Below, piece by piece: positions 17,958 through 27,841 of a stretch of 64,000 nt of DNA (position 1 is its first letter; the number at the start of each line of letters is the position of its first letter). The notes beneath the pieces are model-generated. The model saw nothing but the letters and a program-made list of their open reading frames with translations. It was not told the DNA's origin and did no database searches. This stretch comes from a virus (lineage: Duplodnaviria; Caudoviricetes): positions 13,039 to 77,038 of the IMG/VR virus record IMGVR_UViG_3300026088_000014; one strand, given 5' to 3'. A program made the translations under genes and the position numbers.

Positions 17958-19532
17958 TTAGACCTGATACAATGGTGCGGTGTCCGATGGAGATCTATAC
18001 ATCATATCGTCCTCTCTTGCGATGGCGCTCTCTTCTCGCCTGAGTGCGAATCCGGTGTCGCGCAGATAACGAACTGCCATCGACACGCAGTCCACCAAGT
18101 CGTCATGCGCGCCGCGCGGAAACACAGACACTTGGTTAATCACCATGTCGGCCCATGAGCGATCCGGCGCATAAACCATGTTGTCGGCGAAGATGTGCTG
18201 AATGGAGTGAACACGGGCAACCTTGTCGCCGTAGCGCTTGGGGTCGACCGTCTCAATACCGAACTTGGACTGACCCAGGAGTCGATAGAGCTCTTGGGCG
18301 ACCGACAGTCCGCTGGCCTTGCCTTCGATCAACAGCCGGTCAATGGCATAACGCGGGTGGGACGCCGGGGCCGGGCTGACCACGCAGGTATTGATGACCT
18401 TCTGCACCAGATCGTAGAACTGCAGCCGCTCCTGCCATGCGTACATCAGCATCAGCTTGGGGTTGCCGGCCTCGTCGCGAAATACGCCCCATATGGTTAA
18501 GGCACTGGGATCGTTCTCCTTTTTCTCGGTATAGGCGGTATCCAAGGAAGCCAGGATATATTCGAAGTCGGGAAACTTGTCGGGCTTCCATTCCTGCCAA
18601 TAGGCATCTTTGATGATCGCCCCACCACGCGGCGCGGGCATCTGCTGGTACTGCCCGGCCCAGGCGTAAGGACCCTTATCCCTTTCTAATTCCTGGGATA
18701 TTTCCTCCGAAAAGCGCTCTTCCCATGCCAGCTCGCCATCCTCTTCCCGCCAGTCAGTCCAGGTCTTGGTCCCGTAAGTTGTGGTGCAATGGCGGGCGGA
18801 ATCATACCGCATGGGTATCATAAGGTGTGTGTAGCCCATTTCTCGCGTAATAGCTGTACCGCTGACATCTTCCTCATGCGTCCGCTGCTGGATCACGACG
18901 ATGGCTGACTCGGCTTGGTTGTTGAGGCGATCAGGGATAATTTCGGTGAACCACATATTGGTGGTTGCTCTGATCGTTTCGGATTCCATTTCCATAGGGT
19001 TATTGGGGTCGTCGATGATGACCCGATCGGCTCGCTCCCCGGTTCCGATGCCGGAAACCGAGGTTGCCAGCTTCCACCCGGTACAATCGTTGGCGAACTT
19101 GACCTTAGTGAATTGCTCATTGGAGATGCCGAATCTGTTGCCCCACAGCGCTCGATAGCGATCGGAGATAACCACGTTGCGGCAACGCATATTATCACGC
19201 TCGGTCAGGTGGTTAGAGTAGGCGGCACACATATAGCGCAGCCACGGGCGGCCCTTAGGACCCCACTCCCAGGCCGGCCAGAACACATCCGTCATCAGCG
19301 ACTTGGTGAACCCCGGCGGCACGTTGATGAGCAGCCGGCGAATCTGGCCATCGGTTACAGCCTGTAGGTGTTCGGCTACAGCCTCAATGGCATACCCCTT
19401 GATAAAGGGGATGGCTGGCTCGACCACCGGCCACACATATTTCGCAAAATTGAGCAAACTGTCTTCGTAAGGCTGGCGTATCTTCACCAGTTTTAGGCCG
19501 CGAGCAGCGACATCAAGCAGTTCTGCGGTCAT
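17958..19532 (-). CDS. terL: Terminase large subunit
   Basis: LLINVPPGFTKS (Walker A), VIIDDP (Walker B), C-terminal nuclease SLDTA...IEGKASG...HDDLVD. Confidence 0.95.
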   Translation of the reverse strand: MTAELLDVAARGLKLVKIRQPYEDSLLNFAKYVWPVVEPAIPFIKGYAIEAVAEHLQAVTDGQIRRLLINVPPGFTKSLMTDVFWPAWEWGPKGRPWLRYMCAAYSNHLTERDNMRCRNVVISDRYRALWGNRFGISNEQFTKVKFANDCTGWKLATSVSGIGTGERADRVIIDDPNNPMEMESETIRATTNMWFTEIIPDRLNNQAESAIVVIQQRTHEEDVSGTAITREMGYTHLMIPMRYDSARHCTTTYGTKTWTDWREEDGELAWEERFSEEISQELERDKGPYAWAGQYQQMPAPRGGAIIKDAYWQEWKPDKFPDFEYILASLDTAYTEKKENDPSALTIWGVFRDEAGNPKLMLMYAWQERLQFYDLVQKVINTCVVSPAPASHPRYAIDRLLIEGKASGLSVAQELYRLLGQSKFGIETVDPKRYGDKVARVHSIQHIFADNMVYAPDRSWADMVINQVSVFPRGAHDDLVDCVSMAVRYLRDTGFALRREESAIAREDDMMYRSPSDTAPLYQV

Positions 19533-19611
19533 TAAAATACCTGTGTACAAAAGTGAAAAAATTTCTTGGCGACGCCATCAGCACCCCTTAGGCATGGAGC
19601 GGGAGGATCAC

Positions 19612-19797
19612 ATGACGCGCGATCAACTCATCCTGCTGTCCACCAGAATATATGACGAGGGCAAAAAGCGCGAGGGCTTAGGCGGCTACAGCGCCGACGC
19701 CGACTCACTGCTGTTCCTCCACTCGGCTCTGTACAACGTCGTTCAGCACCTCATCGAGAAAGAAAAGAAGCCAAGAAAGCGCAAGAAGAAGCGATGA
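19612..19797 (+). CDS. Hypothetical protein, first gene of the sugar operon
   Basis: GGAGG RBS; stop overlaps the next start. Confidence 0.6.
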   Translation: MTRDQLILLSTRIYDEGKKREGLGGYSADADSLLFLHSALYNVVQHLIEKEKKPRKRKKKR

Positions 19798-20291
19798 GCA
19801 TCCTCGTAGCCCACCGAATTCTTCTCACCAAGCACACCGAGCCAAAGCACCTCAAGACCATGGTGCGCTGGCTCAATGACCCAGATGTCGTCCAATTCTC
19901 CGAACAAAGACACCACCGCCACGACGAAGAAAGCCAAGCCCACTACATTACCGACGGATGCTCAATCTTCCGCGAGATCCATACCGAGAAGCGGTTCATC
20001 GGCACCATTACTGCAGATATTGATCGCGCTAACTCAGTTGCCAATGTCGGCATCCTCATCGGCGAAAAGAAGGAATGGGGCAAAGGCTACGGCACGGAAG
20101 CGTGGAAAACCTTCTGCGACCACCTTCTCACCCATGGCATCCGCAAGATCGAGGCAGGCACCATGGCGTGCAACTACGGAATGCTGAACATCTTCCGGCG
20201 CACTGGAATGCATCACGAAGGGCAGCGCTACAACCACTTCCTGCTCGGCAATGAACTCTTTGACCTGCTGCAATGGGCGAGGTTCGCATGA
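19794..20291 (+). CDS. GNAT (RimJ/RimL) N-acetyltransferase, PseH-like
   Basis: WLNDPDVVQFSEQR, FIGTI, VGILIGEKKEWGKGYGTEAW and GMHHEG. Confidence 0.85.
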   Translation: MSILVAHRILLTKHTEPKHLKTMVRWLNDPDVVQFSEQRHHRHDEESQAHYITDGCSIFREIHTEKRFIGTITADIDRANSVANVGILIGEKKEWGKGYGTEAWKTFCDHLLTHGIRKIEAGTMACNYGMLNIFRRTGMHHEGQRYNHFLLGNELFDLLQWARFA

Positions 20292-21085
20292 AGGTGCAGT
20301 TAGTGGGCAGCAACGAAGAAGCCATAAAGGAATTCTGGGATGGTCAGGCCAAGCAGCATGGCGCATCCGACAAGGCCACCGCACCAGACTCGGCCTACCG
20401 GCAGCTGGAGATCGACGCCATCATCCCACACATCGAGGGGCGCTGGATTTGCGATGTCGGCTGCGGCAACGGCTATTCGACCTTCAAGTTCAAGGATGCT
20501 TATCCCCACAAGGCATTCCTCGGCGTCGACTACTCACAGGCGATGGTCACGGCAGCCAATGTTGCGGCCATCGTCATACACTCGGACGTATCGTTCGTTA
20601 CCTGCGACGTGCGGAAGCTGTCGCGGCTGAAAGTCGCCAAGTTCCACACCATCATCTCCGAGCGCTGCCTGATTAACCTGCAGACGTGGGAAGAACAGCA
20701 GCAGGCCATTCTGGAAATGAAGCAATGCCTGCTACCGGAGGGCAAGCTGATTCTGGTAGAAAACTTTATCGATGGGCTGAATAACTTAAACAAATTACGC
20801 GAGCAATTTGCCTTACAGCAAATCCTTGTCCGCTGGCATAACCGCTACCTGCATTCCGCTGAATTTCACAAATTCATTGAAAAAGAATTTTATATCAAAC
20901 ACCAAGAAAACATCGGCAACCTCTACTACATCATATCGCGTGTGGTTTATGCCAAACTCTGTCAACTAGATGGCACAGAACCGCAATATGGTGCCGAGAT
21001 AAATCGCATCGCCGCCAAGCTGCCGCCACTCGGCGTCTACAACTATTCCCCAAACATGATGTATGTGCTGGAGGCCAAGGGGTGA
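20288..21085 (+). CDS. Class I SAM-dependent methyltransferase
   Basis: ICDVGCGNG, GVDYSQAMV and FHTIISERCLINL. Confidence 0.9.
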   Translation: MKVQLVGSNEEAIKEFWDGQAKQHGASDKATAPDSAYRQLEIDAIIPHIEGRWICDVGCGNGYSTFKFKDAYPHKAFLGVDYSQAMVTAANVAAIVIHSDVSFVTCDVRKLSRLKVAKFHTIISERCLINLQTWEEQQQAILEMKQCLLPEGKLILVENFIDGLNNLNKLREQFALQQILVRWHNRYLHSAEFHKFIEKEFYIKHQENIGNLYYIISRVVYAKLCQLDGTEPQYGAEINRIAAKLPPLGVYNYSPNMMYVLEAKG

Positions 21086-21681
21086 AACAGGTCCGCGCCT
21101 TTATGCAAAGCGAAGGGGCGGCATGGCTTGAGCGCAATGAAAGCAAGCTGCCGCCGGTCATTGATCCTGTCATTGAAGCCATCAAGTCCGCCGACATCTC
21201 CCCGCACCATACGGATGTCATAGAGGTTGGCTGCGCTAATGGCTGGCGCTTGGAACGGATGAAGCGGCTGTACAACACTCGCGGCATCGGCGTTGACCCC
21301 GCGGCCCCGCGCAACGTGCCGCATCTGTTTCAAGGCGGTGCCGATAGTTTACCGGCAGCAACCGATGAGTACGATTTTGTCATCTACGGGTTCTGCCTCT
21401 ATCTGGTCGATCGCGAAGACTTGTTCAAGGTAGCCGCCGAAGGCGATCGCGTACTGCGCAACTTCGGTCACATCGTCATCTACGACTTCCTGCCAGATTA
21501 CCCGCACAAGGTGCCGTACAAGCATCTCGACGGACTCTTCAGCTACAAGATGGATTACGCCAACCTGTGGCTCGGCAGTCCGGCCTACAGCGTCGTGCAT
21601 CGTCAGTTATGGCCGGAACAAGGGGAAGCGGTCACCATTCTGCAGAAAGACATCAACAGAGGATGGCCGCTCGATGAGTGA
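21082..21681 (+). CDS. Class I SAM-dependent methyltransferase, type associated with sugar-biosynthesis clusters
   Basis: VIEVGCANG, GVDP and YDFVIYGFCLYLVDR...DRVL. Confidence 0.85.
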   Translation: MKQVRAFMQSEGAAWLERNESKLPPVIDPVIEAIKSADISPHHTDVIEVGCANGWRLERMKRLYNTRGIGVDPAAPRNVPHLFQGGADSLPAATDEYDFVIYGFCLYLVDREDLFKVAAEGDRVLRNFGHIVIYDFLPDYPHKVPYKHLDGLFSYKMDYANLWLGSPAYSVVHRQLWPEQGEAVTILQKDINRGWPLDE

Positions 21682-21805
21682 CATGAAGGAATTGCTTAGC
21701 CTGCTTGCTCTGTCTGGGTTCATCGGAAATATCCATGCACAGTTTGGCTGGGCGTTTTTAATGGCTGGTAGCCTAACGATGCTTTTCATTGGATATTTCA
21801 AATGA
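21674..21805 (+). CDS. Small hydrophobic membrane peptide (43 aa)
   Basis: Hand-translated; fills the gap and its stop overlaps the next ATG. Confidence 0.45.
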   Translation: MSDMKELLSLLALSGFIGNIHAQFGWAFLMAGSLTMLFIGYFK

Positions 21806-22647
21806 GCAAGACAATCGGCGTTATCGGCATTGGCTCTATTGGCGAAAGACATGCCACAAATCTAATTAAACTGCGCAAGGCCATCACCGTTCTTACACAC
21901 GACCCAAAGAGCGGAGACGAGGAAGATAACTTAAGGCACCTCATTTATAGGAGCGATGCGATTGTCATCGCCAGCCCAACGCCGACGCACCTCGATTACA
22001 TCTTCAAGGTCTCGCACGCATCAAAGCCGATGTTCGTGGAGAAGCCGGTTGCCGACAAGTATGACGAGATCTGCAACGCAGCAACGATGGTCGGCTACAA
22101 CCTGCGCTTCCATGCCTGCGTCAAGAAGGCGAAGGAGTGGATGCAATCCGACGTGATTGGAGAACCCGTCTGGGCCAACTTCACCGTCGCCCAGTTCAAC
22201 GACAAGTTAGACTACCTGCGCGATGGCGTCATCCTCAACTGGTCACATGAGATCGATCTGGCGCTCTATCTGCTTGGCGACGCATCGGTAAGAAGCTGTG
22301 TTAGCGACACACCGATGCTGGCTGACATTATCCTTATGCATGAAAATGGTTGCCATTCGGTTGTTCACCTTGACTACCTCACACGACCGGAAGTTCGGCA
22401 AACAATCATTTCTGGACTAGATGCAACAATCATTCTCGATCTAGTCAACCGACAGGCATGGCTGCGGGATGCGGATGGATCAATCTTGGATCATTTGGAT
22501 GCAGACGACTCTTGGGATGAGAACTATGTGGAAGAGATGGCGGCTTTTCTGGCTCGCGTTGATGGCCAGGAAACGATCGGCTGCACCGGGGAAGAGGGGT
22601 TAAGGGTTCTGGAATTATGTCTCAAGGCAATAAAGTTGTCGCAATAG
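21802..22647 (+). CDS. Gfo/Idh/MocA family NAD-dependent oxidoreductase
   Basis: IGIGSIG Rossmann motif, IASPTPTH, FVEKP, VGYNLRFH and SHEIDL. Confidence 0.9.
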   Translation: MSKTIGVIGIGSIGERHATNLIKLRKAITVLTHDPKSGDEEDNLRHLIYRSDAIVIASPTPTHLDYIFKVSHASKPMFVEKPVADKYDEICNAATMVGYNLRFHACVKKAKEWMQSDVIGEPVWANFTVAQFNDKLDYLRDGVILNWSHEIDLALYLLGDASVRSCVSDTPMLADIILMHENGCHSVVHLDYLTRPEVRQTIISGLDATIILDLVNRQAWLRDADGSILDHLDADDSWDENYVEEMAAFLARVDGQETIGCTGEEGLRVLELCLKAIKLSQ

Positions 22648-24641
22648 CCCAGGCGCGCATGGGCAGTACGCGATTCCCCGGCAAGGTCATGACCGACCTT
22701 GAGGGGATTCCGGTGCTGCAATGGACGGTCAACGCGCTGTGGGACTCGCACGGGCTTGACGATGTTGTCATCGCTACCTCGACGCTGCCGGCGGACGACA
22801 TTATTGCCCACTACTGTTCAATGCACGGCATCAACTGTTTCCGCGGCAGCGAAACGGATGTGCTCGACCGCTTCTATCAGTGTGCCAAAGAATACAAGGC
22901 CGACATCATCCTGCGGCTGACCTGCGACTGCCCATTCCTTGACCCATCCGTCATCAGCGAAGTCATCAGGCTAAGGGAGATGACCAATGCAGAATATGCA
23001 ACAAATACAGATCCTCCTACTTATCCTGATGGTCTGGATGTTGAGTGTTTTACTTTTGCTGCTCTTGAGTGTGCTCACAAAGAAGCAATCCGCAGCAGCG
23101 ACCGCGATTGCGTTACTCGTTTTATTGTACGCAACCGGCATCGCTTTCCTGCTGCCAACCTGAGGTGTCCACTTCCGGGATTAGAGAAGGAGCGCTGGGT
23201 TCTCGACACCAAGGATGACTTTAGCTTCTGTCTGGAGATTGCCAAGCGCATTGGCACCAGCACATCCTATCTGGAGATTCTCGATATTCTTGCTACCGAG
23301 CCGGAGCTGCGACAGCTTAATCCGGGAATCCGCAACGAGCGCTTCTATGAGGGAATATCCGATGAGCAACTACCCACACGAACATTTACACGATCACAGC
23401 GACTATACGAGCGAGCATCCCAAACAATTCCATTTGCCGCACAAACCTTCTCCAAGTCACACCTCGTTTTCCCACCGGGAAGAAGTCCGCTGTTTGTGTC
23501 TCACGGTGACGGGGCTTATGTTTATGACGTTGATGGCAATGATTATGTTGATCTCGTTAGCGCCCTACTTCCTGTCGTCCTGGGTTACCGCGATCCTGAC
23601 GTTGACGGTGCTGTCCGCCGCCAGCTGGATAGCGGTATTTCATTCTCCTTGGCGACGGAAATGGAAGCGCAACTTGCCGAGACACTCTGCCGGCTCATTC
23701 CGTGTGCCGAGAAAGTCAAGTTCGGAAAATCAGGAACCGATGTAACAACCGCAGCGGTGAGGCTGGCCCGTGCTTATACCGGTAGAGATCACGTCTTGGT
23801 CGGTGGTTATCATGGGTGGGCTGATTGGAGCATGTCTGTTACTGATCGCAATCTGGGAATCCCGGAAGATGTAAGAAAATTAAGTCGCCGGATTCCTGAC
23901 GGCTTTTCCTCTGTCAATGATATTGGTTTGCTGCCAAGTCAGGTAGCCGCCATTATCATTGAGCCGAATGGCGACCCTGAGTATTTGCGGTGGCTGCGTG
24001 ACTACTGTACGGAACGCGGCATCGTTCTAATCTTCGACGAGATAATCACCGGGTTTCGCTACGATCTCGGTGGTGCTCAGAAACTGTTTGGTGTTACGCC
24101 AGACCTTGCGTGTTTCGGCAAGAGCATGGGGAATGGCATGCCAATCTCGGCTGTCGTTGGACGTGCAGAGCTGATGAGTAAATGTGAGCCACCAGGTAAC
24201 ATTTTCTACTCGGGCACATTTTTCGGTGAGACACTGGGGATCGCTGCAGCTCTCGCAACGATTGACAAGATGGAGCGGGACGATGTTATCGAACACCTGT
24301 GGTCGTTTGGCACGCGGCTGAGGGCTCATATCAATACTATCGTTACTCAGTTGGGGTTGCATGATGTCGTGCGCCTCAGCGGTGAGGCTCCACTCATCAA
24401 AATAGATTTCCTCGGCGAGCACAAGGAAAAGTTACGTTCGCTGTTCATCGAGCAGATGGCGCAGAACGGCGTGCTAATCATCGGCTCCAACAATCTATCG
24501 TTCGCGCACAAGGACCCGCAGCTCAAGCGCATTGTAACAGCCTACGGGGCAACACTGATCGCGATCAGGGTGGCGATTGACAGCGGCTCCATCAGTCAGG
24601 TCGAGGCTTCAGCTGGACTGCCGATACGAGCCAGCGCATGA
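22617..24641 (+). CDS. Fusion: SpsF/PseF-like cytidylyltransferase plus class III PLP aminotransferase (glutamate-semialdehyde aminomutase-like)
   Basis: N-terminal IAQARMGSTRFPGKVM...RGSETDVLDRF...RLTCDCP; C-terminal DVDGNDYVD, FGKSGTD, FDEIITGFR and FGKSMGNG. Confidence 0.9.
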   Translation: MSQGNKVVAIAQARMGSTRFPGKVMTDLEGIPVLQWTVNALWDSHGLDDVVIATSTLPADDIIAHYCSMHGINCFRGSETDVLDRFYQCAKEYKADIILRLTCDCPFLDPSVISEVIRLREMTNAEYATNTDPPTYPDGLDVECFTFAALECAHKEAIRSSDRDCVTRFIVRNRHRFPAANLRCPLPGLEKERWVLDTKDDFSFCLEIAKRIGTSTSYLEILDILATEPELRQLNPGIRNERFYEGISDEQLPTRTFTRSQRLYERASQTIPFAAQTFSKSHLVFPPGRSPLFVSHGDGAYVYDVDGNDYVDLVSALLPVVLGYRDPDVDGAVRRQLDSGISFSLATEMEAQLAETLCRLIPCAEKVKFGKSGTDVTTAAVRLARAYTGRDHVLVGGYHGWADWSMSVTDRNLGIPEDVRKLSRRIPDGFSSVNDIGLLPSQVAAIIIEPNGDPEYLRWLRDYCTERGIVLIFDEIITGFRYDLGGAQKLFGVTPDLACFGKSMGNGMPISAVVGRAELMSKCEPPGNIFYSGTFFGETLGIAAALATIDKMERDDVIEHLWSFGTRLRAHINTIVTQLGLHDVVRLSGEAPLIKIDFLGEHKEKLRSLFIEQMAQNGVLIIGSNNLSFAHKDPQLKRIVTAYGATLIAIRVAIDSGSISQVEASAGLPIRASA

Positions 24642-25555
24642 ATATTCTTGTTACAGGCGGCACAGGCTCGTTCGGGCAGGCTTTCGTCAAGCGTCTGCTG
24701 AACAGCATCGATGTAACAAGAATCGTCGTCTACTCGCGAGGCGAACATGCGCAAGAAGAGATGGAGCATCGCTACCGGGATGATCGTCTCCGCTTCTTTA
24801 TTGGCGACGTTCGCGACATTAGCCGTCTTGAGCTGGCACTTCATGGTATCGACACGGTTGTTCACGCCGCTGCATTAAAGATCGTGCCGATCGCTGAGTA
24901 CAATCCGACCGAGTGCGTCGCGACCAACGTGCTGGGGGCGCAGAACATAGTAAAGGCAGCACTGCATACAGGAGTGAAACGTGTTGTTGGACTCTCCACT
25001 GACAAGGCTGTTAATCCGATCAACCTCTATGGAGCCACCAAGCTGGCCGCCGAGAAGATTTTTGTCGCGGCTAATGCTCTGGCTGCGGGTCGGACTGCTT
25101 TTAGCGTGGTGCGCTATGGGAACGTTGCTGGCAGCCGTGGCTCTGTTGTTCCTCTTTTTAAGCGGTTAGCTGCGGAGGGCAAGCCGCTGCCGCTGACGCA
25201 TCCAGACATGACCCGGTTCTGGATCACAATGGATCAGGCAATCGATCTGGTCATGTATGCAATTTATCACTCGCATGCGCGCGAGATTCTCGTTCCCAAG
25301 ATTCCATCGATTAAGATTACCGATCTGATTGCCGCGATGTCGAACCTGCCACCAACGCTGGTCGGCATCCGTCCCGGTGAGAAGATTCATGAAACACTGA
25401 TTACCGCCGACGAGGCGAGAGTGACCGCGGATATGGTCAACTTTTACCTTATCAATGCACCGGAGAAGTACCCCAAGGTGGAGCAGGGGTTTTGTTACAC
25501 CAGCGACACTAACACCGAATGGCTCACCGTAGAACAGTTGAGGGCAATGACATGA
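24638..25555 (+). CDS. pseB: UDP-N-acetylglucosamine 4,6-dehydratase (inverting)
   Basis: VTGGTGSFG, HAAALKIVPIAEYNP, LSTDKAVNPINLYGATKL, RYGNVAGSRGSV and GIRPGEKIHE. Confidence 0.93.
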   Translation: MNILVTGGTGSFGQAFVKRLLNSIDVTRIVVYSRGEHAQEEMEHRYRDDRLRFFIGDVRDISRLELALHGIDTVVHAAALKIVPIAEYNPTECVATNVLGAQNIVKAALHTGVKRVVGLSTDKAVNPINLYGATKLAAEKIFVAANALAAGRTAFSVVRYGNVAGSRGSVVPLFKRLAAEGKPLPLTHPDMTRFWITMDQAIDLVMYAIYHSHAREILVPKIPSIKITDLIAAMSNLPPTLVGIRPGEKIHETLITADEARVTADMVNFYLINAPEKYPKVEQGFCYTSDTNTEWLTVEQLRAMT

Positions 25556-25749
25556 GAGGACCTGGGAGACCGCTGAAAGACTTGCCGAAGAAGACGATCA
25601 TGAATCACATCATTCGGCTGCGCGGTCGCAACAACCGTCACTTTGGAGCCTTGTGGGCCGAGGGATTGAAGACCGCCAAGGGCCGCAAGGCGTGGAAGGC
25701 CATACAAGAAAACGACACACAGATAACAAAATGGATGAGCCGCATTTAG
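25552..25749 (+). CDS. Small helical protein within the sugar cluster
   Basis: ATGA overlap with pseB; I..LRGRNN..F...I.END..I pattern. Confidence 0.6.
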   Translation: MRGPGRPLKDLPKKTIMNHIIRLRGRNNRHFGALWAEGLKTAKGRKAWKAIQENDTQITKWMSRI

Positions 25750-26843
25750 AGCGCATGCCGCGCTTCTCGACGATCGCCTTTGCCGAGAAGGTTGCCGTAT
25801 CCGACACGCTGCGCCGGCCGCTCAGCGGCTATCTCGGCGGCGTTGACAAGTCGGAGGGCTATTACGTCAACCGACTTATCGACAAGTGGTGCGAGGAATT
25901 CCGCTGCAAATATGCGATCCCCTGCAACTCTGCTACAAGCGGACTGCTCGCCGCGTGCATGGCGATCGGCATCAAGCCGGGAGATACGGTATGGGTCTCC
26001 GCGATGGGTATGTCTGCTACGGCTGCCTGTGCGAAGGTGTTAGGAGCACATATTGTATTCATCGATGTCGAGACGATCAGGTTCTCGATGAATATGAATA
26101 TGATGCCGAGGGATGTGCCAAGATGCGTTATTATCACCAGCTTGTTTGGCCATCCTGCCTACCTTTCGAGCATTCGGTCCTGGTGCGACTCCAATGACGT
26201 ATGGATGATCGAAGATGCCGCACAAGCACCATTCGCCATGGAGGCGGGCAAATACGCGGGCACCATCGGACACATCGGCGTCTTCTCATTCAACGTCCAC
26301 AAGCACATCCAGGCCGGGGAGGGTGGGATCTGTGTTACCGACGATCATGCACTCGCAGAGAAGCTGGCTGGTGCTATTAACCACGGTGAGCTTGCTCATC
26401 GCAGCGCTGGCCTTAATCTTCGGATGACCGAGCCGACCGCGGCGATTGCCTGTGCCCAGCTCGCCCGCGCGTCGCATATCATCGAGAGCCGCCGGCACAT
26501 TGCCTATGAACTGACCGAGATGGTTGCCGGCATCCCATGGATCACGGCGCAGACCGATGATGTCGACTGCAAGCACGTCTATTATCGCTGGGTAGCGCGG
26601 GTCGATCCCGTCAAGCGGCACAGCTTCGTCGGCAACCTGAACGCGCGCGGATTCCCCATGGTGTCGGGCTACTCACCGACACTCAACCGCATCTTCAATG
26701 GCTACACCTTTGAATGTCATGTGGCACAGGACATGGAGGATCGCGAGCTTATCAGCTTCGGTGTCTGCGAGTGGGAGCCGAAGACCCGGCACTTCAACCA
26801 GATGCGCGAGATCATCAAGCGAGTCGCGGAGGGGCTGACATGA
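25731..26843 (+). CDS. pseC: DegT/DnrJ/EryC1/StrS aminotransferase (PseC-like); start may be 25755
   Basis: NSATSGL, MIEDAAQA, FSFNVHKHIQAGEGG and LNLRMTE. Confidence 0.85.
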   Translation: MDEPHLERMPRFSTIAFAEKVAVSDTLRRPLSGYLGGVDKSEGYYVNRLIDKWCEEFRCKYAIPCNSATSGLLAACMAIGIKPGDTVWVSAMGMSATAACAKVLGAHIVFIDVETIRFSMNMNMMPRDVPRCVIITSLFGHPAYLSSIRSWCDSNDVWMIEDAAQAPFAMEAGKYAGTIGHIGVFSFNVHKHIQAGEGGICVTDDHALAEKLAGAINHGELAHRSAGLNLRMTEPTAAIACAQLARASHIIESRRHIAYELTEMVAGIPWITAQTDDVDCKHVYYRWVARVDPVKRHSFVGNLNARGFPMVSGYSPTLNRIFNGYTFECHVAQDMEDRELISFGVCEWEPKTRHFNQMREIIKRVAEGLT

Positions 26844-27841
26844 AGATCGCCAACCGACGCATCGGGCTGATCGAGCCGCCCTTTGTGGTGGCGGAAATTT
26901 CCGGCAATCACTCGGGCTCGCTGGAGTTTGCCAAGCGGCTGGTCAAGGCAGCAAAGCGGGCCGGCGCGCATGCAGTAAAGACGCAGTGCTATGAGCCCGA
27001 CACCATCACGCTGAACATCAGCAAGCCTGACTTCATCGTGCAGGACGGCCTCTGGCGCGGGCGCACGCTGTACGAGCTCTACCAGAAGGCGCACACCCCC
27101 TTTGCCTGGCACAAGGATCTGTTCCATGTCGCCCACCATGAGGACATTGCGATCTTTTCTTCTGTGTTCGACTTCAGTTCGGTCGATTTCCTGGAGAAGC
27201 TGGGTTGCCCAGCCTACAAGATTGCTTCCTTTGAGATCGTCGACCTGCCGCTCATCGAGCACGCCGCATCGACCGGCAAGCCGCTCATCATCTCGACCGG
27301 CGGGGCAACCGATGCGGAAATCCTAGAGGCCAACGAGGCAGCCGGCGGCAAGGCGGCCTTCCTGCATTGTCCGGTGGGCTACCCGGGAAACGAGAAGACG
27401 GCTGACCTGCGCCGCATCAGCATGATTAGCGCGATGTTCGGCTTCGAGAACCCGGTGGGCATTTCCGATCATACCAGGGGGGATATCGTGCCGGTGGCAG
27501 CGACGGCCATAGGGGCGACCATCATCGAGAAGCATCTCAAGCTCGACGCCAACAGCAAGTCGGAGGATGCGGCCTTCTCCCTGGTGCCTGGCGAGTTCGC
27601 GCACATGGTCAAGGCGGTAGAGCTGACCTATCAGGCGCTGCAGAGTCAGCCGCACTCGACGGCCAACCGGCAGTTCCAGCGTTCACTATATGCGGTGGCT
27701 GACATCAAGAAGGGTGAGACCTATAGCCTTGAGAACATCCGTTCGATCCGTCCCGGCTATGGTCTGCCGCCGAAGATGCTGGAGGATCTGCTCGGGCGCA
27801 AGGCGACACGCGACTGGCGCAAGGGCGACCCGCTGTCATGA
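26840..27841 (+). CDS. pseI: Pseudaminic acid synthase (NeuB/PseI family, C-terminal SAF domain)
   Basis: PFVVAEISGNHSG, KTQCYEPDTIT, AHTPFAWH, YKIASFE, GISDHT, IIEKH and RSIRPGYGLPP. Confidence 0.93.
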   Translation: MKIANRRIGLIEPPFVVAEISGNHSGSLEFAKRLVKAAKRAGAHAVKTQCYEPDTITLNISKPDFIVQDGLWRGRTLYELYQKAHTPFAWHKDLFHVAHHEDIAIFSSVFDFSSVDFLEKLGCPAYKIASFEIVDLPLIEHAASTGKPLIISTGGATDAEILEANEAAGGKAAFLHCPVGYPGNEKTADLRRISMISAMFGFENPVGISDHTRGDIVPVAATAIGATIIEKHLKLDANSKSEDAAFSLVPGEFAHMVKAVELTYQALQSQPHSTANRQFQRSLYAVADIKKGETYSLENIRSIRPGYGLPPKMLEDLLGRKATRDWRKGDPLS

